Assembly: GCA_964016885.1 (NCBI GenBank)
Contig: OZ024740.1
Span: forward strand, 314,216,001-314,280,000
Direction: 5' to 3'
Source of the DNA: Eledone cirrhosa
Taxonomy: Eukaryota
DNA: 64,000 nucleotides
Positions 12,264-26,900 of the stretch are shown here, one piece after another. The notes beneath the pieces were generated by a model, which saw only the letters and a program-made list of their open reading frames with translations, ran no database searches and had not been told where the DNA came from. Position numbers and translations under genes: made by a program. Positions within the stretch are counted from its first letter, which is position 1. The number at the start of each line of letters is the position of its first letter.

Positions 12264-12595
12264 GTAAACAGAAATAACAACACAATCGGTACAGTATATG
12301 GAAAGGATATATTAGGTTAACGCTTGATATAGCAGGAAGAGGGTGTTAAAACGTTTGGGACGCTAGTCCTTCATCAGAAGAAAGAATAAGAAATAAGATA
12401 GATTGAGGGGACGGGCGGGTTGGAATTGGAAAAAATGTCTTTAGATAAAAATAACACGTCCATTCATGTTGACATCTCTTGGAAAACTGTTGATGCTGGC
12501 GTTTTGTGTATGATTTATATTTTAGAAAAGTGGATGATGGAACGCGTCTACCTGAAATGGAAAAAAAAACGTTTTGTAAAAAGAGCTATACTTGT

Positions 12596-12636
<41 letters not shown>

Positions 12637-12707
12637 ACATCCATACGAAGCTAAGAAGAAATGTGTGTGTGTATATGTGAGTAAAAGAGTGTGTGTGTTC
12701 ATGTAAG

Positions 12708-12739
<32 letters not shown>

Positions 12740-12955
12740 ATAGATATGCATATATAGCTGCATATAAGTATATATACATGTGTAACTACATATATGTGTA
12801 TGTGTGTGTGTTAAGAATGAGAGATCGTTTGCAGTACACATGCATGCATGCATGTATACATACATACATACATACATACATACATACATACATACATACA
12901 TACATACATACATGTGTATGCATGCGTGTGTGATGTATGTATTATGTATGGGTGT

Positions 12956-13011
<56 letters not shown>

Positions 13012-13205
13012 ATGTATGTATGTGCATGTGGATGGTTACGATGGTATTGTCTACTATTGTCTACATGAAATGCTGTATATATTTGGGAGTAACCTAGATG
13101 ATCACGGCTGAAAACCTCTGTTGTTATTCCTTATTATAACGGATTGTTCAAAAACCAAGTCTTCTTCCCCATTCCCTCCTGCTCTCGCTCTATCTATCTA
13201 TCTAT

Positions 13206-13367
<162 letters not shown>

Positions 13368-13404
13368 GGCTTCTACAGGACTAGAACTGTTTATACACTA
13401 TTAG

Positions 13405-13592
13405 GTGGATTGGCAGTATCGGTAGAGAGTCGGACGCCATGCTTTGCAGCATAGAGTTACGGCCCTTTATGGTCTGAGTTCAAATCCTGCCGAGGTAAAC
13501 TTGGCCTTTCATCCTTACGGGGTCGATAAAAATAAAGTACCAGTAATGCACTAGGATAATTGCTGGCCTTGTGCCAAAAGTAGAAACAATTA
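13405..13592 (+). mobile_element. tRNA-derived SINE (representative copy of a family with ~20 copies in the window)
   Basis: A-box-like tggcagtatcggtaga, B-box gagttcaaatcc, conserved body gcctttcatccttacggggtcgataaaataaagtaccag, tail gtagaaacaatt. Other copies near 11355, 16360-16720(-), 18411, 18650, 18927, 19135-19318(-), 19885-20330 (x3), 24780(-), 25935-26230 (x2), 35130(-), 36530(-), 39603, 50341, 53500, 56030, 61260-61545(-) and 62775. Confidence 0.85.
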
Positions 13593-13616
13593 ATGTATTG
13601 AGTACTTTGAATCTGG

Positions 13617-13702
<86 letters not shown>

Positions 13703-13758
13703 TATATATACGATATACATAAATATGTATATGATATATATATATATGTGTGTGTATA

Positions 13759-13813
<55 letters not shown>

Positions 13814-13992
13814 CTATGGAAAAGGATGAGTATTGACGTACATGTACGTCAATACTCATCTTTTTCCATTTCTCCGAGGGTTCTTAACAAAACTATCAGG
13901 CTAAATAATTTCTTTAAATTCTTTAGTCAAAAAACGGCGATAGCTTACATTTCTAATAATTTCAAACCCACTCGCTGTTTCGAAAATATTCT

Positions 13993-14017
<25 letters not shown>

Positions 14018-14024
<7 letters not shown>

Positions 14025-14230
14025 TTAATATAACAGATTAAAGTTTAAGCAAAGAATCGCTGCTTTCACCCTTAACGGGATCTTATCCCGTTAAGGGTGA
14101 AAGCAGCGATTCTTTGCTTAAACTTTAATCAGTTATTTTAATAAATATTTGCTCTTCGGTTCTTATATATTTGATATATATTTTCCTTATCGAGCCCTCT
14201 TTGGATTTTAGTCTTCAATTTTATTATTAT

Positions 14231-14235
<5 letters not shown>
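14018..14235 (+). mobile_element. Fold-back PLE-type terminal remnant (family A) in (TA)n
   Basis: ~62-bp inverted repeat centred near 14084, plus a tail ending ttattattattac then (TA)n. Same sequences at 31970-32052 and 56750-58000. Confidence 0.65.
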
Positions 14236-14280
<45 letters not shown>

Positions 14281-14430
14281 CGTAAAATAAGAAAATTATA
14301 AAATTAACTTACTTACTAAAGTTTCACTCCCAACTAATTAGTTTCTGAAGGGTGGACCATAACGCACCAAAGTACTCAATACTTGAGGTAGTAGAGTGGG
14401 TAATAGGAACCAGTAAGACCCTATATGGTT

Positions 14431-14471
<41 letters not shown>

Positions 14472-14496
14472 TATATAATATATATATATATATAAT

Positions 14497-14661
<165 letters not shown>

Positions 14662-14668
14662 TATATAA

Positions 14669-14704
<36 letters not shown>

Positions 14705-14908
14705 GATTACTTCATACGTCAGCCCTTCTCTCGCCAATGCGTGCACATATCATGTAGAAATTGGTATACATAAATAAATAAAAGTCCTGTAAGCAGCACT
14801 TATACAGAAGCTAAGTACATTTAGTAGTTTCTGTTAGCTTCAGGTTTTCTGTTTCACTTCTTATATGTTTACTTTTGTTTAGATAAGATGCTGAAGTGGG
14901 GAAAATAC

Positions 14909-14942
<34 letters not shown>

Positions 14943-15005
14943 TAATACTATAAATATATATATATATATATATATAGTTATGTAATAAACAACATAAGAT
15001 AATTA

Positions 15006-15066
15006 TTTCATTTACCAGTGGTTTCTTGAAAGCAAACGAAATTTGCTTTCATTCATCAGAATGAAA
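15006..15066 (-). ncRNA. Minimal type I hammerhead ribozyme (mirror copy)
   Basis: Reverse complement of 15084-15144. Confidence 0.83.
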
Positions 15067-15083
15067 AAATCCTGGGGTCCTTT

Positions 15084-15144
15084 TTTCATTCTGATGAATG
15101 AAAGCAAATTTCGTTTGCTTTCAAGAAACCACTGGTAAATGAAA
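15084..15144 (+). ncRNA. Minimal type I hammerhead ribozyme
   Basis: tttcatt-CUGAUGA (15091-15097)-atgaaagcaaa/tttgctttcaa-GAAA-ccactg-GUA-aatgaaa. Confidence 0.85.
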
Positions 15145-15362
15145 TAATTATCTTATGTTGTTCATTACATAACTATTAAGCTCTGTAACCTACATAGAGC
15201 ACTCTTTTTTCCTGGACCTTTCCGACGGAATTACTTCATTTATATATATATATATATATACACAGAGAGAAAGAGAGAGAGAGAAAGAGGGAGGGTGACG
15301 AAAGAGTATAATATGTAGATATATATTTTATAAACAGCAATCAAAGAGTGTTTAGAACATTT

Positions 15363-15414
15363 AATCACTTACGATCGTTTCATCTTACCACAAGGCCGGA
15401 ATCGTCGGATGATT
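15363..15414 (-). ncRNA. Hammerhead-like motif with CCGACGA core
   Basis: Minus strand reads aatcat-CCGACGA-ttccggccttgtggtaagat-GAAA-cgatc-GUA-agtgatt; stem II is weak. Confidence 0.5.
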
Positions 15415-15533
15415 TGCTCCAAATTAAACAGTTCTAGGCCTGTAGGAGCCATTTCTATATTAAATATGTTTACTCTGCTATGTATTGAGTACCTTGCTTA
15501 CTATGGTTACCCCCGATTGAACCCGGGATAAAC

Positions 15534-15574
<41 letters not shown>

Positions 15575-15684
15575 GACACACACATATATACATATATATA
15601 TATATTGCGAGAGAGGAGGGGAACCTGCTTCTTGAAGGAATTTTTAGTCATATTGATCCCAATATTTATTTCTACATGGTGCTC

Positions 15685-15780
<96 letters not shown>

Positions 15781-17764
15781 TGCGAGCGAGCTGAGTGTAA
15801 GAAATTGATTTCTCACAAAGAAACAAAGCTCAATAGCTGTACTTCGGATGTCAACAACAATTGTGTGGCCCCACGTGGAACTTTAGAAATGTCTGACCTA
15901 TTTGTCTTGCATTTAGCAAAACCTCTGCTTTCCGAGGTTTCTACATGTATTAACATAGCCAAATGTACCAGTAATTATAACTCTGGGTGAGAGAAGCTAT
16001 AACTTTCAAACCAGTTTTCCATAAATATTCTCTTTTACGTTGAATTCTAAAGTAATGTCCACACAGCTCACCCCTGTAGCTAGCTCTACACAATATTCCT
16101 TGTGTTCATGCGTATTCAATAACAGTGGCATTCTCTATATTTACCCCAGAGCAGTCATTCCAGTAAATGGCGTTTTATATCAAGCCTTCCGGTGTTAAGG
16201 GGCTTTTGTGGCTTAAAAGACCTTCCAAATTTTTGTTTCAATATACTTCTGCTTTGGTTTTTACTACACTGATTTTCTATTAACTCTAAATATGTTAGTA
16301 TGAATGTTTTTCATTTCTTTCTTATTCTCACATTGGGGATAAAAAAGCGTACTAATAATGGTTTCTGATTCAGGCACAAGGCCAGCAATTATCCCAGGGT
16401 ATAACTGGTACTTTATAAACGTAAGCTAATAATGGTTTCTGATTCAGGCACAAGGCCAGCAATTATCCCAGGGTATAACTGGTACTTTATAAGCGTAAGC
16501 TAATAATGGTTTCTGATTTAAGCACAAGGCCAACAGTTTGGGGGGAGGGGAAAGTCGATTAAATCGACCCCAGTGCATTACCGGTACTATATTTTATCGA
16601 CTCCGTAAGGAGGAAAGGTAAAGCTAACCTCAGCAGGATTTGAACTCAGGCCGTAAAGGGCCGTAACTATATGCTGCAAAGCATAATGTCCGACGTTCTG
16701 ACGATACTGCCAATCCACCGCCTTGCGTGAGCTAATAATAATAATACACATCTACAATATATATACTTAAACCCCTCCAATCCCGGAACTGTAACGGAAG
16801 CTCTGTATATTCTTTTAGCATCATCATGTTACATTGGAAACTAATACCGTCATGACATTTTTAAGCAACTGACGTTCACATGATTGAGACATATTCGCTA
16901 TTATTGGTCCCATTTGGGAAATGGGTTTAAAAGGGCTTCACTGACCATTTTTTGTTCATTATGTACATATATATCTTGGATTGCAAAATCATAACCTTTG
17001 GAATATGACGTGATGTAACGGTTAAACGTCAAAATAGGTTATGTATGTATGTTCCGCAAAAAAAAACTCTGTATTGGATGGCCGTTGACTCTCCTGAGTT
17101 CTTCTGCCCTTTTTTCTGGAGCGAGAGACTCCTAATCTTCATTAAGACTTCTCTCTAGAAAGTCACTCTGATATAAAACCTGCGACTTCGTTTGCATCCA
17201 ATGATGTAGACTAGTTGTACCTTTTGGGTAAATGCATTCGATGTTCAGAGAGTGGGACTGGCAAAGCCTTTCCTCACTTAAAAGAATCTTCAATCACAGA
17301 CATCGCTTGATATGTGACATTTTCTATGATGTATGGTATTGCTGGCTATAGGCAAGTCCTTAGCAGGACTAAAAAGCCACGTCCATGATGCTCATGCTTA
17401 TGTATCAAGGGATGGCATTACTCGAAATCGAGTTACAGCCATCATCCTGTATGTATGTATGTATGTATGTATGTATGTATGTATGTATGTATGTATGTAT
17501 GTGTGTATGTATGTATGTATGTATGTATGTATGTATGTATGTATGTATGTATGTGTGTATGTATGTGTATATACATATATGTATATAGGTAGTTATGCGT
17601 GTGTATGTATGTTTGAATGTATATATGTACGCATGTATGTGTGTATGTATTATGTATGTACGTATGTATGTATCTTTCTCTTAATGTGTTTATTTTTGAC
17701 TGGTGATTCTCCCGGTAATAGTGTCGTAAATATAAGGAAAGGTCTGTCGTCCCTTATGCAATCT

Positions 17765-18130
17765 TTCATCATTTGAATGTTAAGAATGTTTTACAGGTTT
17801 TGAGGATTCAGATATCGTGGCCATTTGAGGCTTATGAATGAAGGAGCTGCGTTTTTTCTCCAAGAATCTAAATTCAGTCATAATTTGGTCCTGGCATATT
17901 GGTATATATATCCTGCAGCTCTGATAATAATAGGTATGAAACTGAACGAGTATTTTAGGTACTGGATCTGCAAGCAGCTCGTCAATAGTCCGTAGATATG
18001 ATCCTTCTCTTTCTTACTGCATTGACATCTGTTTTTAATATGTGGTCCTAAACAGCTATATCAGACCTGTTTTGTTTTAATTTGATGGCGGTTTTTATTT
18101 TTAGATTCTACCATTTTTCCTTTGAGTCAG
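17765..18130 (-). mobile_element. Decayed 3' end of a restriction-like-endonuclease non-LTR retrotransposon
   Basis: Minus-strand translation KEKDHIYGLL..LQIQYLKYSFSFIPIIIRAAGY resembles the K..KY..L....PIIVGA.G motif of RLE domains; interrupted. Confidence 0.4.
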
Positions 18131-20499
18131 TCACATACACAGTCGCATCCTCCTTATCATCATTATTATCATCAGCAGCAACAACAACAAAATCATCATC
18201 ATCATCATTATGAACAACATCATCAACATCGACAATAATAATACAACCATATACTATTTACCTAGCTACACATTACAACACACAGACAGTGGCTCCATGG
18301 GGTAGCAGCTGACATGTGATATTTTCAAACCGTTACACTAACACCTTCTGTTTATCCCTTTCACAGCCTTCAGCAATGTGAGGTGTGTTATTATTAGATA
18401 TACATTCAAGGGTGGTGGATTGGCAGAATCGGTAGAGCGTCGGACACTCTGCTTCGCGGCAGAGAGTTACAGCCCTTTACGTTCTGAGTTCAAATCCCGC
18501 CGAGGCTAGCTTTGTCTTTCATCATTACGGGGGTCAATAAAATAAATCCCCAGTAAGTACTGGGGTCGATTTAATCAACTTTCCCCTTTCTTTCAAATTG
18601 CTGGCATTGTGCCTATAGTAGAAACAATTATTAGAAATATATTCAAAGGTTGGCAGAATCATTAGAATGTTGGACAAAATTGGACAATTATTTAGTTATG
18701 ACCCTTTACTTTGTGAGTTCAAATTTCGCTAGGGTTACCTTCGCATTTCGCCCTTCCAGGTTCGATAAAATAAAGTACTACCAATAACGAACTCGGATAC
18801 GATATAATTGATTTTCCTCTCCCCACAAACTGTGAGGCCTTAGCTTGTTACTCTTACTTCTAAATCCAAGCTTTGATTGCTACGGAATACAGAAATTCCA
18901 TCTTTGAGTTTTCACTGTTAGAGAACAGTGGGTTGGCAGAATCGGTAGATCACCATGCTCCGCGACATAGAGTTACGGCCCTTTACGTTCTGGGTTCAGA
19001 ACCCGCCAAGGTTAGCTTTGCCATTCATTCTTACGGGGTCGATAAAATAAAGTACCAGTAACACACTGGGGTCGATCTAATCGACTTTATCCTCCGCCAA
19101 AATTATTGGATTTATGCCTAAACCAGAAACTATTATAATTGTTTCTACTTTTGGCACAAGGCCAGCAATTACCCAGTGCATTACTGGTACTTTATTTTAT
19201 CGACCCTGTAAGGATGAAAGGCAAAGTTAACCTCGAGATTTGAACTCAGAATAGCAAGGGCCGTAACTCTATGCGTCAAAGCATGGCATCCGACCCTCTA
19301 CCGATACTGCCAACCCACAAGGTAAAATCTCACTGTGGCTTAAATAAAGAACAGACACACCGCTTTTAGGATGTCAATAAGGTCATCTAAGTGCATATAT
19401 AATTAATATTTTTAATGAACTCCTTAGTAAAAACAGTTTAATGTTGACTTTACTATATATATTTTTGCCGTAGTAAAATATATATATACTCTTAGATTTT
19501 GAATAAGGCCCTTCCCCTCCGTTTATTTATTTTTCAGATTTTTTTTTTTTTTCCAATCCCTCCGCTTTTTAAATTTTGCTAATCTATCTCCAGCGAAATT
19601 TTATTTTAATTTTATTTATACATTAAAAAACATTATGCATGACAACAAAATACATTAATAGAAATCCCATACGTTATAAAATAAATAGGATGGGTTGGGG
19701 TCTCAATATGTAAAGTAAACGACTAATTCTGGTTTTTAAAAAAGTTAACGGAGGCAACTTAGAAAATACCGATTTTCCAACACCCCCTCTCTTATTCCAA
19801 TCCCCTCCGCTGTTATTTGGGACCCGAAAGTGCTTGGACTAAACAGTCATCCGACCGTTATTCTATCATTATTAGTTCAATTTACGGTTTGAGTTCAAAT
19901 CCCGCCGAGGTTCACTTTGCCTTTCATCCTTACGGGGTCGATAAAATAAAGTACCAGTAATGCACTGGATAATTGCTGGCCTTGTGCCTAACGTAGAAAC
20001 AATTATTAGGGCGGTGAATTGGCAGTCAGTTCAAATCCCGTCGAGGTTAACTTTTCCTTTCATCCTAATAGGTGTCGATAAAATAAAGTACCAGTAATAC
20101 ACTGGGATAATTGCTGGCCTTGTGCCTATTGTAGAAACAATTATTACAATATCAGTATCGGTAGAGGGTCAGACATGCTTTCCAGCATAGTTACGTCCCC
20201 TACGATCTGAGTTCAAATCCCGCCGAGGTTAACTTTGCTTTTCATCCTTACGGGGTCGATAAAATAAAGTACCAGTAATGCACTGGTTAATTGCTGGCCT
20301 TGTGCCAAAAGTAGAAACAATTATTACATTATCAAACTAGATTTCTCATTTTTTTTATTTCATTTCATGTTTTCTACTTTACATAGGGCCACAGTTTACA
20401 TACTCTCACATAAACACATGGTATTGAACCTTCTGAAATATATATATATATATATATATATATAATAAAAGAACGATTTGTTATGTCTTCATTACATTT

Positions 20500-20640
20500 A
20501 TTGAGTAGTGACGCGCGTTTCGCTATTGATCAGCTCAAGGTTCGATCTATATCGATCTAGCTCGACTCTGGAATCAAAAGTTCGTCGGACCTCTGCTGTG
20601 GTAATGGCAGAAGGATTCCGTCATTACCACACCAGAGGTC
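20500..20640 (-). ncRNA. Hammerhead-like motif (CCGACGA core) with adjacent fold-back hairpin, between (TA)n runs
   Basis: Minus strand: agaggt-CCGACGA-long stem II-GAAA-cgcgc-GUC-actact. Inverted repeat at 20588-20640. Confidence 0.55.
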
Positions 20641-21841
20641 CTATATATACATATATACATATGTAAATATCTTTAAGTCGTTTGGAAGCCTCGACAATGC
20701 AAATGGGTAAATCTCCGGGTAACAAGGTCCGGTGGTGGAGAGAGAGATGTAAGTGGGTGTACGTTGAGATGCGTGGTGTGTATAACATGTGTGAGATGTG
20801 TAAAATGAAGGGAAGAGTATAAAGGATAAAAATAAAAATAAAAATAAAAATAACAACACAAGAGAGAGTTACCTTGGGAGAGATTTAATAGTCCCTATAT
20901 ATTTCGGATTCACATCCATCAACTGGGGTTTTTTTCCGGAAAAAATGAAACGAAACGGAAAAAATGAAACGAAATTTCATTTCCCACTCTTAGTACGGCT
21001 GTTACTTAAATATAAGTATGTACACGTACATACATATATGTATACAGACGTACAGTAGTATGTATATATATATACATACATGCACACATATATATATGTA
21101 CGTATGGATTCACCGAACATTTATTATAATGCTCGGTGTGTTTGTAAACAAACAAACATCCCGTATTAAGCCGTAGTGTCCAGCAACCATCGTTGCTCGT
21201 TTGTTCAACACTGACAAAGGAATGATGTACTAGTTTCAAGCTTATTAGCTATCGTCAGCAACGTATACCTTCCTGCCAGATTGTTGAACGTATATACTTA
21301 CCTTATGCATATTAACAGCTGAGAAGCCCAATTTGCATATCGAGTGGGTTAATCGGCCGGGTGCACCGAAAACGATAAACGGAAAAAATGAAACGAAATT
21401 TCATATCCCACTCTTAGTACGGCTGTTACTTAAATATAAGTATGTACACGTACATACATATATGTATACAGACGTTATATATATATATAATTATAATTTT
21501 CAGTTAGGTATGGTGCCGTGTATTTCCATTATTTAATGAGTAGTTAAATAACTTACTTGCTAGTTTTCTAACTGCACATATAAACACCTATTGTTAACAC
21601 TGCTAGAAATAGCAACTAAATCTACCATCTTAAAAAGGAAAGGATATTTCGGATTATGCAGTCCTAGATGTAACATTTCTAAATAAAAGACGAGTTGATT
21701 ACATCTGAAATATCTGTCCCATCTGTCCTGGGGCTAAAAATCATCAACATATTAGACGCACGTTTACATATATTACACAAACTGTATACCACACAATTCC
21801 AGACACATATAACACATTCTCATACACATATAACGCAATCT

Positions 21842-21931
<90 letters not shown>

Positions 21932-22195
21932 ATAAGCTAAATGCAAACACATGCCAATATACACAGTCAAGCATGTACACACATGCACATATCATCCAAT
22001 AGATATACATAGACACACATTGCCATACAGTCTAACAAAGTCAGAAGGTGAACAATACTTGTATGACTCATGTTAAAGTATTTCACCTACGTTATTGAGT
22101 CCTGTCCTGCCATTTTACCCGGGTACCAAATTACAGGTGCAGTTCAAACTATAACATCATGCGGCTCTTTGAGGAATCATTAAATTTATTCTATA

Positions 22196-22547
22196 TACGA
22201 GGGTGAGCTGAAACGTTCATAGGCTGTCTATGAAGGAGTGATGTTAGAGATGTGAAATCTTGCATGCATCAATTTCAGCTCTTCTTATTAATAACTGCAT
22301 TGTTTCTTTCCAAGGGACTATGTTGAAAAATAAACCTCATTTGGTCATTCCATGAGAGTGTCTTAGTCATAGGTTGACTATGAAGGAGTGGTGCTAGAGC
22401 TGTGAAATCTTGCATGCATTAATTTCAATTCTTCTTATTAATAACTGCATGGTTACTTTCCAGGGATTATGATGAAAAATAAACCTCATTTGGTCAGTCC
22501 ATGAGAATATCTTGATCAAACTATGAACTTTTCAGCTGACCCTCATA
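22196..22547. mobile_element. Mariner-derived MITE with an internal tandem duplication; partial copy at ~33740-33880(-)
   Basis: TIRs tacgagggtgagctgaaacgttcatag / ctatgaacttttcagctgaccctcata; TA flanks. Confidence 0.75.
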
Positions 22548-23842
22548 TAATAACTAAGCGCATTACTGATTATCCAATAAAAGTCTGAATCTCCACATAG
22601 CTGTTCGATTTGTTAAAGATATCAACCAAATCTCCCTCAAATCATACTCAGTGCCCTGAATACGGAAGGACAATGTAATCCTAGGTATAAAAAAATAGAT
22701 GGGGCGGTCATAAAGGAAATACCGAACATAAGTCTGCTCGATCGCGGCTAACTTGGGCATAAACAAAAACAATATGTCTTCTGATTTAATGTAATGATCT
22801 TAATAAAGATTAAAGGGTTAGTGTCGAGATTCGAAGTTAGGGTTTCAATTGTGATTTGAAAAGATTTACCTTAAATCAGGACACTTCACTAGGCTCAATT
22901 GCTGTAAGACGAGAAAATTCTAACGTTTTGTACTCTTGCCCTTCGTCTGACTCCAAGAGAGACCAGATGGTATTATCACTTGAGCTGTGGTCAAATAGTT
23001 TTACTTGAATATTGAATAGGTTTCAGATGACGACGTTATTTTTTTAGTATAGAATGCCAAAACATTTAGATGAACACTATTGTTAGTAAAAGGTAGCTAC
23101 ATGAACCGCGGGGTTTAAATAATAATTTATAGTTTTAGAAAATCCATACTAATGCCTGAGCGTCTTGATAAACATGTAATTCATAATGTTGTTGCGTGCA
23201 AGTATGATTAATAAAACAAGATATACAGTGTTCTTTTTTAATATTTCTATATTTCTCAATAGATTATTTTAATAATATGTACTTTAAAACAGGTTTATTT
23301 TAATTTCCCATGCACCGGTGATATTGTATTGAATCTACAAAGTCAAACAAATTGCGAGTTACTGATCTAGAGGTACCACAAGATTAACATATTTATTTAA
23401 CAGATTCACAAACTTGGAAGGAAAAATGATAGTGAGAACAAATGTCTAAATATTCAGGGAGCTAGATTTATTAATTCAGCTTGGAATCATAGCTATGCAG
23501 ACTAAATGAAATTATATGAAATTACTGAACCGAGAATCGGCCCTGAATCCCAAACTCAGCCTTCGTTTAGTTTAAACGATCGAAAAATTAAATGATAATT
23601 ACGGGGTTTGAAGGTTATGTTTTTCCTAGAGAATGAAGGCGCGTGACTTTGGGGTTGGAGTATGTGTGTGTGTATTGACGGTGGCCGCTAAGATAATTTT
23701 TGCGGTGGCAAAATAAATCCGTCTCTCAGGGTTTTTACCCGATGTTAGGGCAACTGGCTGTAATTGCAATTTTTCTGTGTCTGAGCTTCCTACATCTTAT
23801 AAATTTATTTTCAAAATTCGAGATTCACACACGACGTTTGTT

Positions 23843-23932
<90 letters not shown>

Positions 23933-26900
23933 AAGATTGAGAGATGACTCAAGAAGAAAAGATGAAATATAAATAAATATATATGAAGAGAGGACAACGA
24001 GAAAACAGATCAGTGTACCCCTCCCCTACACCCACCACACCACATGATTCAGGGTAATAGAGTAGTAGTAATCTAGATATTGACAATATTTTGGGTCTTA
24101 GGGACAACATTGAATTATTTATCTTCAGAAAGTATGCCAAGAATTTACCAGCACTTTACTACGGAACTGACACATAGGAAATTAGGTTCTGAATCCGATA
24201 TATTGTAAGAGAGGGAAACAAGTAGAATTTCACATCAAGTCTGTGAAAAGAACTGTTATAGGAAGTAATTATTGCTATGTAGCTGCTAACTATAAATATA
24301 TTCCAATCACTCGTTTAGCGTCATTTTGATCACGTCACTGGCAAATAGTTCACAATGTCTCAGTCTAATAAGCTTTGGTAATTAGTTTGCCTTATTTCCA
24401 AATTACAGTTAATTATAGCTTTCTGTGGATAAATGTCTAATGAATTTCCCAATAAATCTTTCTACAAACCAACTTTAATGGAAACTGGATTCTAGAATTC
24501 ATTATGTGTGTATTATGTTCTCAAAATCTTAGATCTAACTCTATATATAACCAGTTCATAGGGACTGTCAATGCAGAAAACGTCTTTATTATACGCCCTT
24601 CGCGCCACAGATATGTATGTATTTTCCAGTAACTCATGAGAGAGTTGTATGGGTGTTGTGTCGACATACAGCGTTTCTAGGGCATTTTTTAAACCTGCGA
24701 CGCTCATCTTCTCTCCAGGTTTGAATATAGCAGATTTCTTCCAGAGAAGAATAGAGTGGGAGAATGTAAGTGGGAAAGAGATATAGAGGAAAAATCGACC
24801 CCAGTACTAGACTGGTACTTTTTTTATCGACCTTCAAAAGATGGAAGGCAATGTTGACTACGGTGGGATTTGAACTCAGAGAGCAGAGAGCCGGAATAAA
24901 TACTACAAAGCATTCTATCCAACGTGCTAATCACTCTGCCAATTCGCCGCCTATGCCACATACATACAATCACTCAAAAAATAAAAATGGAACTGTGCAT
25001 ACGATCAGTTTCACCCATGCAGTTTAACAGAGCTTTTCATCCTGTAAACATATGTATAGTAAATAAAAGTATTAATTCCCTCCAAAGTTAAATACTCCGG
25101 CCAAGGAATTGCCATAATAACCATTTTTCAGTTCAACTTTAAAATACTAATGTCATGCAGGGAGTTAGGATTAGAACAAGCATGGGCAACCTACAGGACT
25201 CTGATTGCATACCACTTTATGACCGCTTGTATGGTATACATCATGTTGTGAAAACGTGGGAAAATGGGCGTAAAACGATAATTTTAACTTTGTAATTATA
25301 TAAACATAACCTTTTACTAAAATTATGTAACAAACTTTAAGCCCGGCTCCGTTAATTTGAGCAGCTTCCTTTCTATTTCTCATTTATTCACACTTTCTCT
25401 CAAATAAGTTTTATTTACTTAGTGTAATGTATGGTGTTTTCTCTACTCAATACGATTTTTATGGAATTATTCTTTTAGTGGTGTGATCTGATTTATAATG
25501 AGTAATATCTCATGAGGTCCACTGATATAAAACGTTGTCCATGCTTGGATTAGATTTTGCGATTGTGTTTATAGCTAAAATTGATTTCGAAAGATAGACT
25601 TAAACCTCAGTTTCCCTGTCTAGACCCAGATCTCTTCAATTAATCATCAGAAATCTTTCTTAAAAAATAGCGTACCCATTACATTAAACCAATATTAAAT
25701 TGTATAATAAACCAATTGATTGCTTTCTAAGTAATGATCTCTGTCAGGTTGAAATAATATTCATGCATATATTTAAATATATGTTTAGAAACATATCTCT
25801 CATGAAGGCAGTATCTATTGTAACTTCAACTAAGGGTATTTCTTCTTCATTTCAATGGACACCAACTCACTGTTATGGGCTCTGATATCTAATTAGAAAT
25901 ACCGTATATGTTTCGGTATTATTATGACATTATCATTTACGTTCTGAGTTCATATGCCGCCGAGGTTAGCTTTGCCTTTCATCCCTACGGGGTAGATAAA
26001 ATAAAGCACTGGGGTCGATTTAATAGACTCCCCCCACTTACCTCAAAAAATCATTGCCTTGTTTCTAAATCCAAAACCATTATGACCTCATCATTTACGT
26101 TCTGAGTTCAAATCCCGCTGAGGTTAGATTTGCCTTTCATCCTTACGGGGTAGATAAAATAAAGTACCAGTAACGCACTGCGGTCGATTTAATCTACTTT
26201 CCCTTCCCCAAAAAGGGCTGGCCTTGAGTCTAAATCAGAAACCATTATGACTTCATCAACGGAGGATAGATTTCGTTGTATTTGTTGAATTACGTGATGG
26301 TAGAATTACTAACTAAATGTACAATTGAGTCATTAAAACTGTGTGGTTTTCGTCACAGACACTATTTAATAATGAAAGTCAGGATATGTATGAACAGTAA
26401 GTTAGTCCCTGTCTGCTAAAGCGACTCCCTAAAGGCTCTATGATATCCCACTTTTAAAAATACCTTATTCAGTAGGGTGTGTTAATTGACTGATTCAGCT
26501 GTTTAGGTGATATTGCTTGTTTAATTATACGTAATATTTTTAATGAATTTATCGTAGTTTCTAATAATGTTAAGCTACTCCTACATCTTCCAATTTACAC
26601 ATCCTTGTTAGTTTATTACTTGATAGTTTTACAGTTGACTCATATATAAACGTATATTACAATCGATGTAATATATAATCTTTAAGGGCTTATTTCAGAT
26701 GGATCATCCATTGTAGGCGGTAATATCATTTTCCCATGTTTAGGGTAAGAGGTTTGCTTGGCATGTAGCCAAACGATTGTGATTACCTGAACATTTTAAA
26801 GAAACAAACAACCCACAGCCTTTACTGTTATACTGGTAACCAACCCAAATGACTCAGATCAGTGGTTCATACTTTAATAATAAGTTTCAAGCTGAGTAAC

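Larger units (their letters stand above)
14974..15240 (+). mobile_element. Fold-back PLE-type remnant with two back-to-back hammerheads, in (TA)n
   Basis: ~95-bp near-perfect inverted repeat 14974-15176 plus a tail to 15240. The tail recurs inverted at ~32145-32225. Confidence 0.8.

Noticed and set aside
12340-12385. HHR-like motif on the minus strand (CUGAUGA-aggactagcgtcc-CAAA)
   Set aside because: GAAA is mutated and there is no stem I; at most a dead relic. Similar decayed motifs at ~20895-20925, ~27595-27630, ~39120-39150 and ~49092-49130 were not called.
13405-13500. tRNA-like sequences with A and B boxes
   Set aside because: They are SINE heads continuing into a common body; no complete cloverleaf.
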